A DNA stretch of 58,656 bases from a virus. Its lineage: Duplodnaviria; Caudoviricetes. A program made the position numbers and the translations under genes. The notes beneath the pieces are model-generated. The model was not told the origin of the DNA, did not search any database, and saw only the letters and a program-made list of their open reading frames with translations. Positions 16,632-25,295 of the stretch are shown here, in pieces. Each line of letters starts with the position of its first letter. Positions within the stretch are counted from its first letter, which is position 1. The DNA lies in IMG/VR virus record IMGVR_UViG_3300033475_000026, positions 1-58,656 of that record; one strand, 5' to 3'.

Positions 16632-18842
16632 ATGGCGACGCCAAAGCGTAGTGAGTCCGAGAAGGCGAAAATCCTCACGGAGGCTCGCGAGCGGTTCCGC
16701 AAGTGCGAGAGCTGGGAAGCCACCTTCCGCGGCCGATTCAAGGAAGACATCCGCCTAGACGCCGCCGACGCCTACAACCAGTGGCAATGGCCCACGGACG
16801 TGCTCAACGCCCGTACGAACCAGCCCTGCCTGACCATCAACAAGATCAGGCAGCACAATCTCGACGTCCTCAACGACGCCCGCCAGTCCAAGATCAGCAT
16901 CAAGGTCCGTGCGCTCAGGGACGGCGCCAGCTACGACAGCGCCCAGATCTACGACGGCGTGATCCGCCACATCGAGTACATCTCCAACGCCGACAGCGCC
17001 TATCAGCACGCGCTCGCCATGGCCGTTCGCGGCGGCATCGGCTTCATCCGCATCTCCACCGACTATGCGGACGACAAGAGCTTCGACCAGGAGATTTTCA
17101 TCCGCCGGGTGAAGGACCCGATGACGGTCTATCTCGACCCGGATATCACCGAGTTCGACGGCTCGGACGCCAGATTCGGCTTTGTCTTCACCGACATGCC
17201 CAAGGATGAGTTCGACCGCACCTATCCGAAACTGAAGGATGTGGCGCGGAACACGGAGCTGAAGCCGGAAGAGAGCTGGGCCGACGACGAGCATGTCAAG
17301 GTCGCCGAGTACTTCCGCTGCGTGAAGTCGGAGAAGCGCCGTGTGGCGTTCACCGATCCGCAGACCGGCCAGCAGGTCGTCGCCACCGAGGACGAGATCG
17401 ACGAGGCGATGCTGGACAGCGTGATCGACGCGCCGGACACCATGATCCGCTCGATCGAGCTGACCACGGTGGAGCACTTCCTGATCGTGGGCGACACGAT
17501 CGCTGAGGAAAAAGAGTGGCCTGGCCGCTACATCCCCCTCCTGCGCTGCGTGGGCGAGGAAACCATCATCGACGGTCAGATGGACCGCAAGGGCCACACC
17601 CGCGCCCTGATCGATCCGCAGCGGATGTTCAACTACAACGCTTCGGCCAGCATCGAATATGGCGCGTTGCAGAGCAAAATCCCCTACACCGCCGCCGTCG
17701 AGAGCATCGAGGGGTACGAGCCCACCTGGGAAGCGGCGAACACGAACAACGCCGCCGTGCTGCCCTACAAGGCCTATAACGACCAGGGCCAGGTTCTCCC
17801 CAAGCCGGAGCGCCAGCAGCCGCCCATGGGCGCCCCGGTCTTCATGCAGGGAATGAACGACGCCGCGGAATGGATGCGCATGGCGTCCGGCCAGTACCAG
17901 GCCGACATGGGCGCGCCGTCCAACGAACGCTCGGGCGTGGCGATCCAGCAGCGCCAGCGACAGGGCGACAACGCGACCTATCACTATCTCGACCACCAGT
18001 CCTCGATGATCCGCTATGCCGGCAAGCAGCTTCTCGACCTGATCCCGAAGGTCTATGATACGCCCAGGCTGATCCGCATCCGCGACGAGGCCGGCACGGA
18101 AACCGAGGTCAACATCGACCCGAACGCCGCCGAGCCCTTCAACCGCGAGAAGGTCGGCCCGGATCAGGACAAGGTGACGTTCAACCCCAAGGCGGGCTCC
18201 TACGACGTGATCGCCGATGTGGGCGCCGCCTACGCCACCCGCCGCCAGGAAGCCTTCGCGGCCTATACGCAAATCCTGACGCAGAACAAGGAGCTGACCG
18301 GCCTGATCGGCGACATCGCCATGCGGTTCGCGGATTTCCCAGGGGCGGAGGAGGCCGCCCAGCGGCTGCGGAGGATGGTCCCGAAACAGGCCCTGGAAGA
18401 CGGCCCGTCGCCGGACGTCCAGGCCCTGCAACAGCGGGTCCAGCAGATGCAGATGGTCGTGGATCAGCTCAACGACAAGCTGGCCTCCAAGGTGGCCTCG
18501 CATGTCAACGACCAGGAGCGCAACGCGATCCAGGCCTACGACAGCCAGACCAAGCGCATCGCCGCGCTGAAGGAGCAACTGGCGACCGATCCGCAAGACC
18601 TGCTCATGCTGGTGCGCGAGGTGCTGACGTCGGCGCTCTCGACCGAGGCGGCCTTGGAGCCGGCGCTCGACACCACAGCCGCCGTCGAGCCGACCGGACC
18701 CGCACAGGACGCAGCCTTGGCGCAAGGGGAGGGCGCGCCTGTGCAATCCCTGCCTCCGTCCGGTTTCGATCCGTCCGTGATCCATGCGCCAGGCGCACCG
18801 GAGCCGGAACCGCAAGAGGCGCCCGAGGGAGTTGACGCCTGA
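16632..18842 (+). CDS. P22-like portal protein
   Basis: QW...R..PCLTINKI, GGIGFIRI, DPQRMFNY..S, SGVAIQQRQ.QG, YATRRQEA, C-terminal coiled barrel. Confidence 0.92.
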   Translation: MATPKRSESEKAKILTEARERFRKCESWEATFRGRFKEDIRLDAADAYNQWQWPTDVLNARTNQPCLTINKIRQHNLDVLNDARQSKISIKVRALRDGASYDSAQIYDGVIRHIEYISNADSAYQHALAMAVRGGIGFIRISTDYADDKSFDQEIFIRRVKDPMTVYLDPDITEFDGSDARFGFVFTDMPKDEFDRTYPKLKDVARNTELKPEESWADDEHVKVAEYFRCVKSEKRRVAFTDPQTGQQVVATEDEIDEAMLDSVIDAPDTMIRSIELTTVEHFLIVGDTIAEEKEWPGRYIPLLRCVGEETIIDGQMDRKGHTRALIDPQRMFNYNASASIEYGALQSKIPYTAAVESIEGYEPTWEAANTNNAAVLPYKAYNDQGQVLPKPERQQPPMGAPVFMQGMNDAAEWMRMASGQYQADMGAPSNERSGVAIQQRQRQGDNATYHYLDHQSSMIRYAGKQLLDLIPKVYDTPRLIRIRDEAGTETEVNIDPNAAEPFNREKVGPDQDKVTFNPKAGSYDVIADVGAAYATRRQEAFAAYTQILTQNKELTGLIGDIAMRFADFPGAEEAAQRLRRMVPKQALEDGPSPDVQALQQRVQQMQMVVDQLNDKLASKVASHVNDQERNAIQAYDSQTKRIAALKEQLATDPQDLLMLVREVLTSALSTEAALEPALDTTAAVEPTGPAQDAALAQGEGAPVQSLPPSGFDPSVIHAPGAPEPEPQEAPEGVDA

Positions 18843-19348
18843 TGTTCTCCTCCAAGATGCTCTCCGAGCGCGTGAAGCAGTCCCCGGCCTATATGGGCCG
18901 CATGACCGCGCTCCAGCAGGCCGGCGCGATCCCGACGCCGCCAGCTGCCCAAGCTGCAACTCCAGCGCCAGCCGTGCAGGACAACGCGCGCAGGGCGGTG
19001 GAAGGCGATCTCCACACCAACGAGCCCATGGCGATCCTCCAGCGGAACCAGCCCAACGCGGGGCCAGGTCCCTACGTGACGCAGCTCAGCCCGACGCTTG
19101 AGGCTTCCTATCGCCAGTGGGTGCAGGGCGCGGGCATTCCGACCAATCCCGATCACCCAACGCCCGACTACGACACGCGGGGTCTGTGGCGTGATCATGG
19201 CTGGCAGGCCGCGACGCAGATGTACCAGCGCCCTGACTATCAACGGAAGCTGCCGGAGACCTATCGGACGCCCTACCATCGGCAGTTCACGCCCGCCAGC
19301 CAATATGCGGCGCAGAACGCGGCGATCAGCCCCAATATGCAGGCCTAA
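18842..19348 (+). CDS. Hypothetical protein
   Basis: TGATG coupling; YRQW...DYDTRGLW...P.TYRTPYH..F...S.YA. Confidence 0.65.
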   Translation: MFSSKMLSERVKQSPAYMGRMTALQQAGAIPTPPAAQAATPAPAVQDNARRAVEGDLHTNEPMAILQRNQPNAGPGPYVTQLSPTLEASYRQWVQGAGIPTNPDHPTPDYDTRGLWRDHGWQAATQMYQRPDYQRKLPETYRTPYHRQFTPASQYAAQNAAISPNMQA

Positions 19349-19410
19349 CAAAATGTTTGTCGGGATATCTGCCGCAGGCCGGGCGCTAAACCGGCTCATC
19401 CGTTAACTGA

Positions 19411-19541
19411 TGGGGCGTCAGGATTTGAACCTGAGATTAATTCCGGTCGTCACCAACGCTTTTAGGCGTCCCGGCTCACCCTGCGGGTCTGCTTTCCCCG
19501 CCGCTGCGGCAGCTACTCGTCTCATTGGTCGAGAGACCGCC
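19411..19541 (-). ncRNA. tRNA-like small RNA (T-arm plus CCA end), antisense to the late operon
   Basis: Minus strand ends TCAGG-TTCAAAT-CCTGA-CGCC-CCA and begins GGCG; internal stems GTCTC/GAGAC, GCGGG/CCCGC, CCGG/CCGG; no standard anticodon arm. Confidence 0.55.
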
Positions 19542-19616
19542 AAATGATCGCGCATATCGCCAGAGAGTTCAATACACCAAACCCGCTAGACGCTTGAATC
19601 GGCAAGGTTTAGACTC

Positions 19617-19910
19617 TTGGGAATGATCGAAATCTTCGCGGATACCCTAGTCTGGCACGGCGACGGAAAAACCGTGGCCGATCCCTTCACATGGCACGAC
19701 GTCGGCGACCTGATCGACAAGACGCGGGTTCCGCACTCCTTCGCCAAGGAGCATCAGTATTATAACGAGCAAGCATCCTGGAGGATGGCGGAAGCGGTTT
19801 CTCCGGGATGGCCGTATTATATTCCCCAGCACGAGTGGACGCCGGAGATGCAAAGGTTTGTGGCTGCCGAGCAACGGGCGCAAATCGCGCTCTGGGGGCA
19901 AGCATCGTGA
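19617..19910 (+). CDS. Hypothetical protein
   Basis: ORF coupled to the downstream GTG. Confidence 0.55.
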   Translation: MGMIEIFADTLVWHGDGKTVADPFTWHDVGDLIDKTRVPHSFAKEHQYYNEQASWRMAEAVSPGWPYYIPQHEWTPEMQRFVAAEQRAQIALWGQAS

Positions 19911-20074
19911 CCGATCTAGACTCCATTGCCGTGACGGCTGGCCCCGGAATGGACTATCCCAACCTCCGGGCCGCGCTAGAAGCGGCTCGCGACAATCCAG
20001 ACGTAAACCTGCTGATCGTGCTCACTGAGGATGCCGACGTGCCTGACTTCGCGGCGCCGAAAGGTGAAGCATGA
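19907..20074 (+). CDS. Hypothetical protein
   Basis: GTGA/ATGA coupling. Confidence 0.5.
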   Translation: MTDLDSIAVTAGPGMDYPNLRAALEAARDNPDVNLLIVLTEDADVPDFAAPKGEA

Positions 20075-20259
20075 CCGATCTAGAAGCCATCATCCAAGCT
20101 GCGGAAGAGACGCGGGCAGATGCCTACGCGTTTGCGCGGACGCCAGCGCCTAACGGCCCCAATTCGGACGACTCCTATAAGGCGGCGATCTACGACGTCG
20201 GGGTTTTCGACATCTTCATCGCCAAGCTCAAGGCTCTACGTCAGGGGATTTACGGGTGA
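20071..20259 (+). CDS. Hypothetical protein
   Basis: Coupled overlaps. Confidence 0.55.
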   Translation: MTDLEAIIQAAEETRADAYAFARTPAPNGPNSDDSYKAAIYDVGVFDIFIAKLKALRQGIYG

Positions 20260-20609
20260 GCCGCTTCCACCGCCTGAAATCTGGCCCTCCTGCTCCCGTC
20301 AAAGCCAAGGGCGCTGTCCACCATCAGGTCGCCGATCTCGCCAAGGAGTTCGCTGGCATGGTCTACGAGGACGCCGCCCACGACAACGAGTTCTACAAGA
20401 CTTGGCCCAGCGTTGACGGGTTCGTCCGCAGGCGCTGGCAGTCCTTCATCCAACCCGCCCGCGAACAGCTCTCAGCCATGCTCGGAATGCCTGATAGCGT
20501 GGTGAGCCCTCACATGAAGCGCGAAATCTACGACGCCCTGCTGCTGAACGCCGCCTCCAACCCGGCGGCAAACGCCATTGATGATGTGATCGACGGGAGG
20601 GTGCATTGA
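20256..20609 (+). CDS. Phage head-module hypothetical protein
   Basis: AKEFAG..YE..A..N.FY..W...K..IYDALL; sits before the scaffold gene. Confidence 0.7.
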   Translation: MSRFHRLKSGPPAPVKAKGAVHHQVADLAKEFAGMVYEDAAHDNEFYKTWPSVDGFVRRRWQSFIQPAREQLSAMLGMPDSVVSPHMKREIYDALLLNAASNPAANAIDDVIDGRVH

Positions 20610-20640
20610 GCGCCGCCCTTCACCAGCCCAAGGCCCCCGC

Positions 20641-21573
20641 ATGACCCTCCGCACCTTCCCCGGCCTCACGTCCCGCCAAGCCATCTTCCGCGCCCCTGAC
20701 GAGGACGCTGGCGTCGCAGAACCGACAACCGCTTTCGAGGGCGAAACCCCGATCCCCGACAGCTTCGATGAACGCGAGGGCGACCGCGAACCGGAAGCCG
20801 AACCCGTCGAGACCGAAGAGCGCGAGGAGGTCTCCGAAGCGGTCGAAGAGGCCGCCGCCGAGCCCGTCGAGGCACAAGCCGAAGCGGAAACCGGGGAGGG
20901 CGATCCCGAACCCGAACGGCCGGCGCGCAAGGACTGGCGCCAACAGCGCTTCGACAAGCTCACCGCGGAGCGCAAGGCGGCCGAGGAACGCGCTGCGGCG
21001 GCCGAGGAGCGCGCCAAGGCCCTGGAAGCTCTGTACGGCAACCAGGATGCTCCGGAAGGCGCTGAGCGTCCCAAGCTCTACACCGAGGCCGAGGTCCAGG
21101 CGCGCGCCAAGGAAGTCGCGCGGATCACCGATCTGAACACGCGCGCCGATCGGCTGTTCGATGACGGCTCGACCAAGTTCGGCAAGGACTGGACCGCGCG
21201 CATCGCACAGGTCAACGAGGCGTTCGGATCTGATCTCGCCCAGCGGGCCGACATCTTCGATGCCATCACCAAGCTCCCCAACGCGGCCGACGTCTACTAT
21301 GCGCTGGGCGGCGATCTCGATCACCTGGCCCATGTGCTCGATCTCTCGCCTGTCGAACTCGGGATGGAGCTGAAAGGCCTCAGCGACAAACTCGCCAAGC
21401 CCAAGGCCGCGCCGATCTCCCGCGTTCCGCCGCCGATCAGGCCTCTGGAGCGCAACAACATCGAGGACATGCCGCTCGATCAGCTCGCCAACGATCCCAG
21501 CCCCAAGGCCATGCGGGAGTTCGACCGGAGGATGGCGAAGGAAGAGGAAAAGCGCTGGGCGAACCGCCGCTGA
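20641..21573 (+). CDS. Capsid scaffolding protein
   Basis: Acidic N-terminus, W.Q.RFDKLT coiled coil, ISRVPPPI.P tail; between portal and coat. Confidence 0.8.
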   Translation: MTLRTFPGLTSRQAIFRAPDEDAGVAEPTTAFEGETPIPDSFDEREGDREPEAEPVETEEREEVSEAVEEAAAEPVEAQAEAETGEGDPEPERPARKDWRQQRFDKLTAERKAAEERAAAAEERAKALEALYGNQDAPEGAERPKLYTEAEVQARAKEVARITDLNTRADRLFDDGSTKFGKDWTARIAQVNEAFGSDLAQRADIFDAITKLPNAADVYYALGGDLDHLAHVLDLSPVELGMELKGLSDKLAKPKAAPISRVPPPIRPLERNNIEDMPLDQLANDPSPKAMREFDRRMAKEEEKRWANRR

Positions 21574-21685
21574 TCGCCTCGCGGCGTTGATTTTCCGCTA
21601 ACACTTCTTAACCACCTTTAACAAATACCGATTCACCCCAGAGTCCGGATGTGATTGGATTCAACCTTCGATAGGGGGTTGAACC

Positions 21686-21832
21686 ATGGGACTGCTGATG
21701 TGGGGCCTCGCCAGCATAGCGCTGATGACCGCCTCGATTATCGCATTCTGGCTGATCGTGAAGCGCCGGAAGGCCCGCGATAGCCGCGAACAGATCATCG
21801 CGCGTCGGCTGTTCGAGGGGCGCTGGCGGTGA
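21686..21832 (+). CDS. Small single-TM protein
   Basis: MGLLMWGLASIALMTASIIAFWLIVKRRK. Confidence 0.55.
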   Translation: MGLLMWGLASIALMTASIIAFWLIVKRRKARDSREQIIARRLFEGRWR

Positions 21833-21948
21833 ACCTGCGCCTACCCAGGATCGGCAAGGTCGGTCTGACGCTCATCCTGCTCAACGAGGCCCGGGGGCTT
21901 GTGGTTGTGGGCCTGACGCTCTGGGCGATGTTCCACCACACAACATGA
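21829..21948 (+). CDS. Small hydrophobic protein
   Basis: GTGA coupling; LTLILLNEARGLVVVGLTLW. Confidence 0.5.
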   Translation: MNLRLPRIGKVGLTLILLNEARGLVVVGLTLWAMFHHTT

Positions 21949-21980
21949 ATCCTTTTCCGACCTTGAGCGTTTGATCCTTC

Positions 21981-22166
21981 ATGGATCTCATCTCGCTCAT
22001 CGTCGTACTCGCCGTGCTTGGCCTCGTCTGGTGGCTGGTGACGAACTACATCCCCATGCCGCAGCCAATCAAGATGGTCATCACCGTCATCTGCGTGGTC
22101 GCGCTCTGCATCTTCCTGCTCCAGTGGGCAGGCCTGACGCACCTCAATCTCGGACATCGAGGCTGA
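21981..22166 (+). CDS. Small 2-TM membrane protein (Thivi_2564-like)
   Basis: LISLIVVLAVLGLVWWLVTNYIPMPQPIKMVI. Confidence 0.75.
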   Translation: MDLISLIVVLAVLGLVWWLVTNYIPMPQPIKMVITVICVVALCIFLLQWAGLTHLNLGHRG

Positions 22167-22528
22167 TGGCCGGGTTGCGCATCGACCACTTCATCCATCT
22201 CGACCCGGCTTCGCTCGACGCGCTTCGCCTCAGCCAGACCCACAACACCCACCTTCTGGAAAGACTGCTCAAAATGGCTACCGACCTCAAGACCGAAATC
22301 GCCGACCTTACCGATGATGTCGCGCAACTGACCACTGTCGATGCGTCCGCCGTGGCGCTGCTGACCGGGCTCTCCAAGCAGCTCGCCGACGCCATCGCAG
22401 CCGCCCAGGCGGCCGGCGCCACCGCCGAACAGCTTCAGCAACTGGCGGATCTGCACACCGCGATCACCACCCAGAACCAGGCGCTCGCCGATGCGGTCGC
22501 GGCGAACACGCCAGCACCCACCGCCTAG
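22166..22528 (+). CDS. Coiled-coil hypothetical protein (possible second start at MATDLK)
   Basis: TVDASAVALLTGL..QL..A...LADAVAANTP. Confidence 0.7.
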   Translation: MAGLRIDHFIHLDPASLDALRLSQTHNTHLLERLLKMATDLKTEIADLTDDVAQLTTVDASAVALLTGLSKQLADAIAAAQAAGATAEQLQQLADLHTAITTQNQALADAVAANTPAPTA

Positions 22529-22589
22529 CCACTTGACGACAGATCGGCCAACCCCGATCCTGTCCGTCTTCTGATTGATGCACACCTTC

Positions 22590-22624
22590 GGGGCGCCCCT
22601 CGTACACACGGGCGCCCCTTTTTT
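22590..22624 (+). terminator. Rho-independent terminator
   Basis: GGGGCGCCC/GGGCGCCCC stem followed by T6. Confidence 0.85.
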
Positions 22625-22641
22625 CATGCTCAAGCCCAGGC

Positions 22642-22675
22642 TTGACGATTAGTCCACTTACGGTACTATAGTACC
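22642..22675 (+). promoter_or_regulatory. Coat-gene promoter TTGACG-16-TACTAT with perfect palindrome GGTACTATAGTACC
   Basis: Near-consensus -35; motif shared with 11332 and 13310. Confidence 0.7.
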
Positions 22676-22841
22676 CGAAGCTCACGCTTCCGCTCTGGGC
22701 GCGACAGTCCCTGGTGAGTTCCTGCGGACTCCTAAAACCGCTGATGGCCCGATCTCCCGGCGCGGGCAGCCGGACAATCCATCCCCATCAGCACGCTCGC
22801 GACGCCGAGTGCTCGCGAGCACAGTTTCAGGAGCGGCTTCC

Positions 22842-24065
22842 TTGGCCCTGCTTACCACCCTGGCGATCACTCGCCTTGCTGTCCGTCTGTTCAAGAACAG
22901 CAACAACTTCATCAAGAACATCGACACCCAATACGACTCGATGTTCGCGGTCGAGGGCGCCAAGATCGGCGACACCCTGCGCATCCGCCTGCCGAACGAC
23001 TACACCGTGGCCGATGGCCCGGCCCTGAGCGCCCAGGACACCAACGAACAGTCCACCAGCCTGGTCGTGCAGTACCAGCGCCACGTCGACACCACGTTCA
23101 GCGCCGCCCAGCTCTCGCTGTCCATGCAGGACTTCTCGGAACGCGTGGCCGCGCCGATGATGAACAACCTCGCCGGCAACGTCGCGCGCACCGTCATGGG
23201 CGGCGTCGAGGGCGGGATCTCCAACTTCGTCGCCAACACCGATGGAACCGGAGCGATCATCAGTCCGACCGCCCAGACCTTCCTCGACGCGGATGCGCTG
23301 CTGACCACCCGTTCGGCCCAGGAGATGGACCGCAACGTGATGACCAGCCCGCCGACCATGGCCCGCGCCGTGGGCACCATGCAGGGCCTGTTCAACCCGC
23401 AGACCGACATCTCGCGCCAATACCGCACGGGCCAGGTCTACCAGGCCCTGAACTTCCGCTGGTTCCGCGACCAGACCGTCCTCGTCCACACGACCGGCAC
23501 CTTCACGGCCGGCACGGTGAACGGCGCCGGGCAATCCGGCACCACCCTCACCACCAACGCGATCACCGGCACCCTCAAGAAGGGCGACATCATCACCATC
23601 GCCGGGGTGAACAGCGTCAACCGCGTGACCAAGCAGGACGACGGCACCCTGCAACAGTTCGTGGTGACCGCCGACGTGGCGACCGCCGCGACCTCGATCC
23701 CGATCTATCCGGCGATCATCGCGCCCGCCACTTCTGGTCCGAGCGCTGGGGCCGACGTGCAGTACCAGACCTGCGCCAGCTCGCCGGCCAACGCTGCGGC
23801 GATCTCGCTCGTCAACACCGCCTCGGAGGTCTACCGCAAGAACTTCGCCTACGTCCCGCAAGCCGTGACCATGGCGACGGCCGATCTGAAGCTTCCGACC
23901 GGCAACGGCAATGCGGCCCGGGCCGAAAGCGATGGCCTCGCGATCCGCGTGATCCGCAACTTCTACAACGTCGCGACTGATCAGTTCGTGGACCGGGTGG
24001 ACTGCTTATTCGGTTATCTCTGGGTCCGCCCTGAGTGGGCCGTAATCGTGGCAGACACAGTCTGA
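22842..24065 (+). CDS. Major capsid protein, P22 gp5 family (TTG start)
   Basis: AGGAG RBS; YDS.FAVEGAKIGDTLRIRLP, GTLKKGDIITIAGVNSVN, LQQFVVTAD, RVDCLFGY...RPEWA. Confidence 0.92.
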   Translation: MALLTTLAITRLAVRLFKNSNNFIKNIDTQYDSMFAVEGAKIGDTLRIRLPNDYTVADGPALSAQDTNEQSTSLVVQYQRHVDTTFSAAQLSLSMQDFSERVAAPMMNNLAGNVARTVMGGVEGGISNFVANTDGTGAIISPTAQTFLDADALLTTRSAQEMDRNVMTSPPTMARAVGTMQGLFNPQTDISRQYRTGQVYQALNFRWFRDQTVLVHTTGTFTAGTVNGAGQSGTTLTTNAITGTLKKGDIITIAGVNSVNRVTKQDDGTLQQFVVTADVATAATSIPIYPAIIAPATSGPSAGADVQYQTCASSPANAAAISLVNTASEVYRKNFAYVPQAVTMATADLKLPTGNGNAARAESDGLAIRVIRNFYNVATDQFVDRVDCLFGYLWVRPEWAVIVADTV

Positions 24066-24107
24066 GATTGCACTGATCGCCTCTGAATTGCGCTGTTCTG
24101 CGGAAAT

Positions 24108-24136
24108 GCCCCGAGAAATCGGGGCTTTTCTGTTTT
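24108..24136 (+). terminator. Rho-independent terminator after the coat gene
   Basis: GCCCCGA-GAAA-TCGGGGC-TTTTCTGTTTT. Confidence 0.85.
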
Positions 24137-24155
24137 ATTGGTTGTGATAATGTAC

Positions 24156-24191
24156 GGAGGCGATGTGGTGCTGTAACACCGCATCGCCTCC
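24156..24191 (+). promoter_or_regulatory. 15-bp leader hairpin upstream of the endonuclease gene
   Basis: GGAGGCGATGTGGTG-CTGTAA-CACCGCATCGCCTCC. Confidence 0.55.
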
Positions 24192-24221
24192 TAACCACTG
24201 AACCTGTAGCGGAGGCTCAAT

Positions 24222-25217
24222 ATGGCTATGCCGAAATTAGAACAGCTACCCGGCGAAAGCGACCGGGACTATAGGCGCCGATATCACCGTGAATGGGAGC
24301 GCCAGGACCGCATCAAAAAGGGACTCCCCGTGCGGACCCCCAAGGGGGTTTGCAGCATCGAGGGATGTGACCAGAAGGCGACGACCAAAGATAAGTGCCA
24401 CAAGCACTATCACCAGGCCTGGAGCAAGGACCGCGCCAATAGGACGGACCTGCCTGCTGGCAAGCGTCGTCATCCACTTTATATCATCTGGAACGAGCGC
24501 AAGCTTCGCGGGGGGCTTTGCGATGAATGGCTCGATTTCGAAGCCTTTATAGCGGGTGTGGGTGAGCGCCCAGGACCTGACTACTTTCTAGCGCGCCGGA
24601 CCGCCCACGCCGACTATGGCCCAGACAACTTCGTTTGGAAGCAGCATATCCGCCGAATGCCTGGTGAAAGCGATAAAGCCTTCTTCGCGCGCAAATGGCA
24701 GGCCCAGAAGGAGCGGCGGCCAGACTTCGATAAGCGCCGCCACCTCGTCCGCGCCTACGGTATCACCGAGGCGCGGTATGAGGAGATGTTCTCGGAACAG
24801 TCGGGCTTGTGCGCGATCTGCAGAAAAGCTGAAACCCACATCGACAAGGTTCGTGGAACCCCGAAGAGCCTAGCCGTTGATCACTGCCATAGAACCGGGG
24901 TCGTCCGAGATCTGCTCTGCTGGACATGCAATTCCACGCTTGGAAAAATCGGCGAGTCCGTCGACCTCCTACGCGCTATGATCGGTTATCTTGAGAAGTG
25001 GTCCGATCCCATCACCGCTTCGGCGGGGCGTCCAGAGCCGGTCAAGCCCTACCAGCATGAAGTGATCCTTGAGACGGAGTGGGGACCGCTAAAAATGAGT
25101 GATGCCGCCCGCAAGGCCGGTCTGCGCGTTCATACTGTCATCGCGCGCCGTGCCCGAGGCTGGCCGGATGATCGGCTACTGATTCCTCTGCGGCGACCAC
25201 AGCGCAAGGGCCTCTAA
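24222..25217 (+). CDS. Free-standing homing endonuclease (endonuclease VII domain, zinc finger, degenerate HNH-type domain)
   Basis: YGITE..Y..M...Q...CAIC...LAVDHCHRTG.VR.LLC..CN; CSIEGC...CHKHY. Confidence 0.85.
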   Translation: MAMPKLEQLPGESDRDYRRRYHREWERQDRIKKGLPVRTPKGVCSIEGCDQKATTKDKCHKHYHQAWSKDRANRTDLPAGKRRHPLYIIWNERKLRGGLCDEWLDFEAFIAGVGERPGPDYFLARRTAHADYGPDNFVWKQHIRRMPGESDKAFFARKWQAQKERRPDFDKRRHLVRAYGITEARYEEMFSEQSGLCAICRKAETHIDKVRGTPKSLAVDHCHRTGVVRDLLCWTCNSTLGKIGESVDLLRAMIGYLEKWSDPITASAGRPEPVKPYQHEVILETEWGPLKMSDAARKAGLRVHTVIARRARGWPDDRLLIPLRRPQRKGL

Positions 25218-25240
25218 TCCCTACCATTCTAGTATTGTTT
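25216..25240 (+). promoter_or_regulatory. Operator copy AATCCCTAC-N7-GTATTGTTT
   Basis: Perfect left half-site of the late operator family. Confidence 0.5.
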
Positions 25241-25295
25241 AAACGGCGCTTTCGGGTGATAGTCCATCTATTGGACAAACCGCCTGAGGCTGCCT

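Noticed and set aside
16755-18959. 734-aa antisense ORF (and similar ones at 22827, 26385, 34315, 39178, 46581)
   Set aside because: Shadow frames of GC3-rich genes with clear functions on the other strand; no motifs
21598-21622. CtrA binding site
   Set aside because: TTAA half-sites are spaced by 6 nt, not the canonical 7
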